From Tubulanus polymorphus (Eukaryota > Animalia > Nemertea), in NCBI RefSeq assembly GCF_964204645.1, contig NW_027437489.1, forward strand, positions 1-30,691: DNA of 30,691 nucleotides, in the 5' to 3' direction. Position numbers and translations under genes: made by a program. Shown piece after piece: positions 22,601 through 30,691 of this stretch. The notes under the pieces were generated by a model, which did no database searches, was not told the origin of the DNA, and worked only from the letters and a program-made list of their open reading frames with translations. Each line of letters starts with the position of its first letter. The stretch's first letter is position 1.

Positions 22601-25600
22601 AAGCGCTTTTCCTGACGATTTGAGCGCTTTTACGCATCGGCATTGTCGTTTTTCCGATAGGGAGAATATTCGATACGAAAACGTCTTTTCTCGCGCTGAA
22701 CGAAGTTTTCGCGTCGAAAAGTGCTTTTCCTGACGATTTGAGCGCTTTTACGCATCGACATTGTCGTTTTTCCGATAGGGGGAATATTCGAAAAGAAAAC
22801 GTCTTTTCTCGCGCTGCACGACGTTTTCGGGTCGGAAAGTGCTTTTCCTGACGATTTGAGCGCTTTTACGCATCGACATTGTCGTTTTTCCGATAGGGGG
22901 AATATTCGAAAAGAAAACGTCTTTTCTCGCGCTGAACGACGTTTTCGGGTCGAAAAGTGCTTTTCCTGACGATTTGAGCACTTTTACGCATCGACATTGT
23001 CGTTTTACCGATAGCGAGAAAATTCGATACGAAAACGTCTTTTCTCGCGCTGAACGACGTTTTCGGGTCGAAAAGTGCTTTTCCTGACGATTTGAGCGCT
23101 TTTACGCATCGACATTGTCGTTTTACCGATAGTGAGATTATTCGATACGAAAACGTCTTTTCTCGCGCTGAACGACGTTTTCGCGTCGAAAAGTGCTTTT
23201 CCTGACGATTTGAGCGCTTTTACGCATCGGCATTGTCGTTTTTCCGATATGGGGAATATTCGATACGAAAACGTCTTTTCTCGCGCTGAACGACGTTTTC
23301 GCGTCGAAAAGTGCTTTTCCTGACGATTTGAACACTTTTACGCATCGACATTGTCGTTTTTCCGATAGGGGGAATATTCGAAAAGAAAACGTCTTTTCTC
23401 GCGCTGAACGACGTTTTCGCGTCGAAAAGTGCTTTTCCTGACGATTTGAGCGCTTTTACGCATCGGCATTGTCGTTTTACCGATAGGGAGAATATTCGAC
23501 ACGAAAACGTCTTTTCTCGCGCTGAACGACGTTTTCGCGTCGAAAAGTGCTTTTCCTGACGATTTGAGCGCTTTTACGCATCGACATTGTCGTTTTTCCG
23601 ATAGGGAGAATATTCGATACGAAAACGTCTTTTCTCGCGCTGAGCGACGTTTTCGCGTCGAAAAGTGCTTTTCCTGACGATTTGAGCGCTTTTACGCATC
23701 GACATTGTCGTTTTACCGATAGGGAGAATATTCGACACGAAAACGTCTTTTCTCGCGCTGAACGACGTTTTCGCGTCGAAAAGTGCTTTTCCTGACGATT
23801 TGAGCGCTTTTACGCATCGACATTGTCGTTTTTCCGATAGGGGGAATATTCGAAAAGAAAACGTCTTTTCTCGCGCTGAACGACGTTTTCGGGTCGAAAA
23901 GTGCTTTTCCTGACGATTTGAGCGCTTTTACGCATCGACATTGTCGTTTTACCGATAGCGAGAATATTCGATACGAAAACGTCTTTTCTCGCGCTGAACG
24001 ACGTTTTCGCGTCGAAAAGTGCTTTTCCTGACGATTTGAGCGCTTTTACGCATCGACATTGTCGTTTTACCGATAGGGAGAATATTCGACACGAAAACGT
24101 CTTTTCTCGCGCTGAACGACGTTTTCGCGTCGAAAAGTGCTTTTCCTGACGATTTGAACGCTTTTACGCATCGACATTGTCGTTTTACCGATAGGGAGAA
24201 TATTCGACACGAAAACGTCTTTTCTCGCGCTGAACGACGTTTTCGCGTCGAAAAGTGCTTTTCCTGACGATTTAACCGCTTTTACGCATCGGCATTGTCG
24301 TTTTTCCGATAGGGCGAATATTCGATACGAAAACGTCTTTTCTCGCGCTGAACGACGTTTTCGCGTCGAAAAGTGCTTTTCCTGACGATTTGAGCGCTTT
24401 TACGCATCGACATTGTCGTTTTACCGATAGGGAGAATATTCGACACGAAAACGTCTTTTCTCGCGCTGAACGACGTTTTCGCGTCGAAAAGCGCTTTTCC
24501 TGACGATTTGAGCGCTTTTACGCATCGACATTGTCGTTTTTCCGATAGGGGGAATATTCGATACGAAAACGTCTTTTCTCGCGCTGAACGACGTTTTCGC
24601 GTCGAAAAGTGCTTTTCCTGACGATTTGAACGCTTTTACGCATCGACATTGTCGTTTTTCCGATAGGGAGAATATTCGAAAAGAAAACGTCTTTTCTCGC
24701 GCTGAGCGACGTTTTCGGGTCGAAAAGTGCTTTTCCTGACGATTTGAGCACTTTTACGCATCGACATTGTCGTTTTACCGATAGCGAGAATATTCGATAC
24801 GAAAACGTCTTTTCTCGCGCTGAACGACGTTTTCGGGTCGAAAAGTGCTTTTCCTGACGATTTGAGCGCTTTTACGCATCGACATTGTCGTTTTACCGAT
24901 AGTGAGAATATTCGATACGAAAACGTCTTTTCTCGCGCTGAACGACGTTTTCCGGGTCGAAAAGTGCTTTTCCTGACGATTTGAGCGCTTTTACGCATCG
25001 ACATTGTCGTTTTACCGATAGTGAGATTATTCGATACGAAAACGTCTTTTCTCGCGCTGAACGACGTTTTCGCGTCGAAAAGTGCTTTTCCTGACGATTT
25101 GAGCGCTTTTACGCATCGGCATTGTCGTTTTTCCGATATGGGGAATATTCGATACGAAAACGTCTTTTCTCGCGCTAAACGACGTTTTCGCGTCGAAAAG
25201 TGCTTTTCCTGACGATTTGAGCGCTTTTACGCATCGACATTGTCGTTTTACCGATAGGGAGAATATTCGACACGAAAACGTCTTTTCTCGCGCTGAACGA
25301 CGTTTTCGCGTCGAAAAGCGCTTTTCCTGACGATTTGACCGCTTTTACGCATCGGCATTGTCGTTTTTCCGATAGGGCGAATATTCGATACGAAAACGTC
25401 TTTTCTCGCGCTGAACGACGTTTTTGCGTCGAAAAGTGCTTTTCCTGACGATTTGAGCGCTTTTACGCATCGACATTGTCGTTTTACCGATAGGGAGAAT
25501 ATTCGACACGAAAACGTCTTTTCTCGCGCTGAACGACGTTTTCGCGTCGAAAAGTGCTTTTCCTGACGATTTGAGCGCTTTTACGCATCGGCATTGTCGT

Positions 25601-28180
25601 TTTTCCGATAGGGGGAATATTCGAAAAGAAAACGTCTTTTCTCGCGCTGAACGACGTTTTCGGGTCGAAAAGTGCTTTTCCTGACGATTTGAGCGCTTTT
25701 ACGCATCGGCATTGTCGTTTTTCCGATATGGGGAATATTCGATACGAAAACGTCTTTTCTCGCGCTGAACGACGTTTTCGGGTCGAAAAGTGCTTTTCCT
25801 GACGATTTGAGCGCTTTTACGCATCGACATTGTCGTTTTACCGATAGTGAGAATATTCGATACGAAAACGTCTTTTCTCGCGCTGAACGACGTTTTCGCG
25901 TCGAAAAGTGCTTTTCCTGACGATTTGAGCGCTTTTACGCATCGACATTGTCGTTTTACCGATAGGGAGAATATTCGACACGAAAACGTCTTTTCTCGCG
26001 CTGAACGACGTTTTCGCGTCGAAAAGTGCTTTTCCTGACGATTTGAGCGCTTTTACGCATCGGCATTGTCGTTTTTCCGATAGGGGGAATATTCGAAAAG
26101 AAAACGTCTTTTCTCGCGCTGAACGACGTTTTCGCGTCGAAAAGCGCTTTTCCTGACGATTTGAGCGCTTTTACGCATCGACATTGTCGTTTTACCGATA
26201 GGGAGAATATTCGACACGAAAACGTCTTTTCTCGCGCTGAACGACGTTTCCGCGTCGAAAAGCGCTTTTCCTGACGATTTGAGCGTTTTTTTACGCATCG
26301 GCATTGTCGTTTTTCCGATAGGGAGAATATTCGATACGAAAACGTCTTTTTTCGCGCTGAACGACGTTTTCGCGTCGAAAAGTGCTTTTCCTGACGATTT
26401 TAGCGCTTTTACGCATCGACATTGTCGTTTTTCCGATAGGGGGAATATTCGAAAAGAAAACGTCTTTTCTCGCGCTGCACGACGTTTTCGGGTCGGAAAG
26501 TGCTTTTCCTGACGATTTGAGCGCTTTTACGCATCGACATTGTCGTTTTTCCGATAGGGGGAATATTCGAAAAGAAAACGTCTTTTCTCGCGCTGAACGA
26601 CGTTTTCGGGTCGAAAAGTTCTTTTCCTGACGATTTGAGCGCTTTTACGCATCGACATTGTCGTTTTACCGATAGCGAGAATATTCGATACGAAAACGTC
26701 TTTTCTCGCGCTGAACGACGTTTTCGGGTCGGAAAGTGCTTTTCCTGACGATTTGAGCGCTTTTACGCATCGACATTGTCGTTTTACCGATAGTGAGAAT
26801 ATTCGATACGAAAACGTCTTTTCTCGCGCTGGAACGACGTTTTCGCGTCGAAAAGTGCTTTTCCTGACGATTTGAGCGCTTTTACGCATCGACATTGTCG
26901 TTTTACCGATAGGGAGAATATTCGACACGAAAACGTCTTTTCTCGCGCTGAACGACGTTTTCGCGTCGAAAAGCGCTTTTCCTGACGATTTGAGCGCTTT
27001 TACGCATCGGCATTGTCGTTTTTCCGATAGGGAGAATATTCGATACGAAAACGTCTTTTCTCGCGCTGAACGAAGTTTTCGCGTCGAAAAGTGCTTTTCC
27101 TGACGATTTGAGCGCTTTTACGCATCGACATTGTCGTTTTTCCGATAGGGGGAATATTCGAAAAGAAAACGTCTTTTCTCGCGCTGCACGACGTTTTCGG
27201 GTCGGAAAGTGCTTTTCCTGACGATTTGAGCGCTTTTACGCATCGACATTGTCGTTTTTCCGATAGGGGGAATATTCGAAAAGAAAACGTCTTTTCTCGC
27301 GCTGAACGACGTTTTCGGGTCGAAAAGTGCTTTTCCTGACGATTTGAGCACTTTTACGCATCGACATTGTCGTTTTACCGATAGCGAGAAAATTCGATAC
27401 GAAAACGTCTTTTCTCGCGCTGAACGACGTTTTCGGGTCGAAAAGTGCTTTTCCTGACGATTTGAGCGCTTTTACGCATCGACATTGTCGTTTTACCGAT
27501 AGTGAGATTATTCGATACGAAAACGTCTTTTCTCGCGCTGAACGACGTTTTCGCGTCGAAAAGTGCTTTTCCTGACGATTTGAGCGCTTTTACGCATCGG
27601 CATTGTCGTTTTTCCGATATGGGGAATATTCGATACGAAAACGTCTTTTCTCGCGCTGAACGACGTTTTCGCGTCGAAAAGTGCTTTTCCTGACGATTTG
27701 AACACTTTTACGCATCGACATTGTCGTTTTTCCGATAGGGGGAATATTCGAAAAGAAAACGTCTTTTCTCGCGCTGAACGACGTTTTCGCGTCGAAAAGT
27801 GCTTTTCCTGACGATTTGAGCGCTTTTACGCATCGGCATTGTCGTTTTACCGATAGGGAGAATATTCGACACGAAAACGTCTTTTCTCGCGCTGAACGAC
27901 GTTTTCGCGTCGAAAAGTGCTTTTCCTGACGATTTGAGCGCTTTTACGCATCGACATTGTCGTTTTTCCGATAGGGAGAATATTCGATACGAAAACGTCT
28001 TTTCTCGCGCTGAGCGACGTTTTCGCGTCGAAAAGTGCTTTTCCTGACGATTTGAGCGCTTTTACGCATCGACATTGTCGTTTTACCGATAGGGAGAATA
28101 TTCGACACGAAAACGTCTTTTCTCGCGCTGAACGACGTTTTCGCGTCGAAAAGTGCTTTTCCTGACGATTTGAGCGCTTT
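19440..28180. repeat. Large tandem higher-order repeat: ~37-monomer unit (4370 bp) x2
   Basis: Private variants are shared: TTAACCGC 20022/24274 and the TTTTCCGGGTC insertion 20701/24953 (offset 4252); GAAAAGTTC ~22250/26620 and GAGAAAATTCG ~23021/27391 (offset 4370). ORF pairs 20266/24518, 21909/26279 and 23132/27502 agree. Confidence 0.92.
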
Positions 28181-28681
28181 TACGCACCGACATTGTCGTT
28201 TTTCCGATAGGGGGAATATTCGAAAAGAAAACGTCTTTTCTCGCGCTGAACGACGTTTTCGCGTCGAAAAGTGCTTTTCCTGACGATTTGAGCGCTTTTA
28301 CGCATCGACATTGTCGTTTTTCCGATAGGGGGAATATTCGAAAAGAAAACGTCTTTTCTCGCGCTGAACGACGTTTTCGCGTCGAAAAGTGCTTTTCCTG
28401 ACGATTTGAGCGCTTTTACGCATCGACATTGTCGTTTTTCCGATAGGGGGAATATTCGAAAAGAAAACGTCTTTTCTCGCGCTGAACGACGTTTTCGGGT
28501 CGAAAAGTGCTTTTCCTGACGATTTGAGCACTTTTACGCATCGACATAGTCGTTTTACCGATAGTGAGAATATTCGATACGAAAACGTCTTTTCTCGCGC
28601 TGAGCGACGTTTTCGGGTCGAAAAGTGCTTTTCCTGACGATTTGAGCGCTTTTACGCATCGACATTGTCGTTTTACCGATA

Positions 28682-29861
28682 GTGAGAATATTCGATACGA
28701 AAACGTCTTTTCTCGCGCTGAACGACGTTTTCGGGTCGAAAAGTGCTTTTCCTGACGATTTGAGCGCTTTTACGCATCGACATTGTCGTTTTACCGATAG
28801 TGAGATTATTCGATACGAAAACGTCTTTTCTCGCGCTGAACGACGTTTTCGCGTCGAAAAGTGCTTTTCCTGACGATTTGAGCGCTTTTACGCATCGGCA
28901 TTGTCGTTTTTCCGATAGGGAGAATATTCGACACGAAAACGTATTTTCTCGCGCTGCACGACGTTTTCGGGTCGGAAAGTGCTTTTCCTGACGATTTGAG
29001 CGCTTTTACGCATCGACATTGTCGTTTTTCCGATAGGGGGAATATTCGAAAAGAAAACGTCTTTTCTCGCGCTGAACGACGTTTTCGCGTCGAAAAGTGC
29101 TTTTCCTGACGATTTGAGCGCTTTTACGCATCGGCATTGTCGTTTTTCCGATAGGGGGAATATTCGAAAAGAAAACGTCTTTTCTCGCGCTGAACGACGT
29201 TTTCGGGTCGAAAAGTGCTTTTCCTGACGATTTGAGCGCTTTTACGCATCGACATTGTCGTTTTACCGATAGTGAGAATATTCGATACGAAAACGTCTTT
29301 TCTCGCGCTGAACGACGTTTTCGGGTCGAAAAGTGCTTTTCCTGACGATTTGAGCGCTTTTACGCATCGACATTGTCGTTTTACCGATAGTGAGATTATT
29401 CGATACGAAAACGTCTTTTCTCGCGCTGAACGACGTTTTCGCGTCGAAAAGTGCTTTTCCTGACGATTTGAGCGCTTTTACGCATCGGCATTGTCGTTTT
29501 TCCGATAGGGAGAATATTCGACACGAAAACGTATTTTCTCGCGCTGAACGACGTTTTCGCGTCGAAAAGTGCTTTTCCTGACGATTTGAGCGCTCTTACG
29601 CATCGACATTGTCGTTTTTCCGATAGGGGGAATATTCGTTACGAAAACGTCTTTTCTCGCGCTGAACGACGTTTTCGCGTCGAAAAGTGCTTTTCCTGAC
29701 GATTTGAGCGCTTTTACGCATCGACATTGTCGTTTTACCGATAGCGAGAATATTCGATACGAAAACGTCTTTTCTCGCGCTGAACGACGTTTTCGGGTCG
29801 AAAAGTGCTTTTCCTGACGATTTGAGCGCTTTTACGCATCGACATTGTCGTTTTACCGATA
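28682..29861. repeat. Local partial higher-order repeat: 5-monomer spacing (590 bp)
   Basis: The private variant ACGTATTTTC occurs at 28943 and 29533. ORF offsets 28682/29272 and 28800/29390 = 590. Later monomers of the two units differ. Confidence 0.7.
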
Positions 29862-30691
29862 GTGAGAATATTCGATACGAAAACGTCTTTTCTCGCGCTG
29901 AACCACGTTTTCGGGTCGGAAAGTGCTTTTCCTGACGATTTGAGCGCTTTTACGCATCGACATTGTCGTTTTACCGATAGGGAGAATATTCGACACGAAA
30001 ACGTCTTTTCTCGCGCTGAACGACGTTTTCGCGTCGAAAAGTGCTTTTCCTGACGATTTGAGCGCTTTTACGCATCGACATTGTCGTTTTTCCGATAGGG
30101 GGAATATTCGATACGAAAACGTCTTTTCTCGCGCTGAACGACGTTTTCGCGTCGAAAAGCGCTTTTCCTGACGATTTGAGCGTTTTTTTACGCATCGGCA
30201 TTGTCGTTTTTCCGATAGGGAGAATATTCGATACGAAAACGTCTTTTTTCGCGCTGAACGACGTTTTCGCGTCGAAAAGCGCTTTTCCTGACGATTTGAG
30301 CGCTTTTACGCATCGACATTGTCGTTTTTCCGATAGGGGGAATATTCGAAAAGAAAACGTCTTTTCTCGCGCTGCACGACGTTTTCGGGTCGGAAAGTGC
30401 TTTTCCTGACGATTTGAGCGCTTTTACGCATCGACATTGTCGTTTTTCCGATAGGGGGAATATTCGAAAAGAAAACGTCTTTTCTCGCGCTGAACGACGT
30501 TTTCGGGTCGAAAAGTGCTTTTCCTGACGATTTGAGCGCTTTTACGCATCGACATTGTCGTTTTACCGATAGCGAGAATATTCGATACGAAAACGTCTTT
30601 TCTCGCGCTGAACGACGTTTTCGGGTCGAAAAGTGCTTTTCCTGACGATTTGAGCGCTTTTACGCATCGACATTGTCGTTTTACCGATAGG

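Larger units (their letters stand above)
1..30691. repeat. Tandem satellite DNA array, 118-bp monomer, ~260 head-to-tail copies; no array boundary within the window
   Basis: Monomer 1-118 = ATATTCGACACGAAAACGTCTTTTCTCGCGCTGAACGACGTTTTCGCGTCGAAAAGTGCTTTTCCTGACGATTTGAGCGCTTTTACGCATCGACATTGTCGTTTTTCCGATAGGGGGA. It restarts at 119, 237, 355 and onward to the window end (30691/118 = 260.1). ORF-track offsets are multiples of 118 plus or minus a few bases. No unique sequence or inversion was seen. Confidence 0.99.

Noticed and set aside
349-30409. Dozens of 63-173 aa ORFs on both strands
   Set aside because: They are translations of the 118-bp monomer. Because 118 is not divisible by 3, frames rotate and hit a recurring stop. 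Many starts are GTG/TTG created by single variants, longer ORFs arise from indels, and I recognise no protein domain.
1-30691. CRISPR-like array (palindromic constant part plus variable part)
   Set aside because: The variable segments are near-identical alleles that recur many times rather than unique spacers. There is no leader or cas gene, and the constant part (~80 bp) is too long for a CRISPR repeat.
1-30691. Rolling-circle or concatemer sequencing artefact, or synthetic construct
   Set aside because: Monomers carry heritable, nested shared variants and multi-scale duplications, which copying of a single template would not produce.

Overview
The whole 30,691-bp window is one uninterrupted head-to-tail tandem array of a 118-bp monomer (about 260 copies, all in one orientation), typical of eukaryotic satellite DNA. 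The first monomer is 46.6% GC with 16 CpGs. I see no credible protein-coding genes, RNA genes, transposon insertions or CRISPR spacers; every ORF in the track is a translation of the monomer. The structure of interest is non-coding. The monomer is built from three ~40-bp subrepeats, carries T-tracts spaced ~20 bp apart, and is tiled with dyads, including a 16/17-bp inverted repeat. Variation is concentrated in one ~35-bp segment and forms a small set of monomer haplotypes. These are arranged in nested higher-order duplications of 2, 5, 6, 8, 14 and 37 monomers, plus dispersed copies 34 and 67 monomers apart. An older, more diverged island lies at about 15.8-17.4 kb. I cannot identify the organism or name the satellite family, and centromeric function is only a hypothesis. 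I found no evidence for a novel gene-encoded system.
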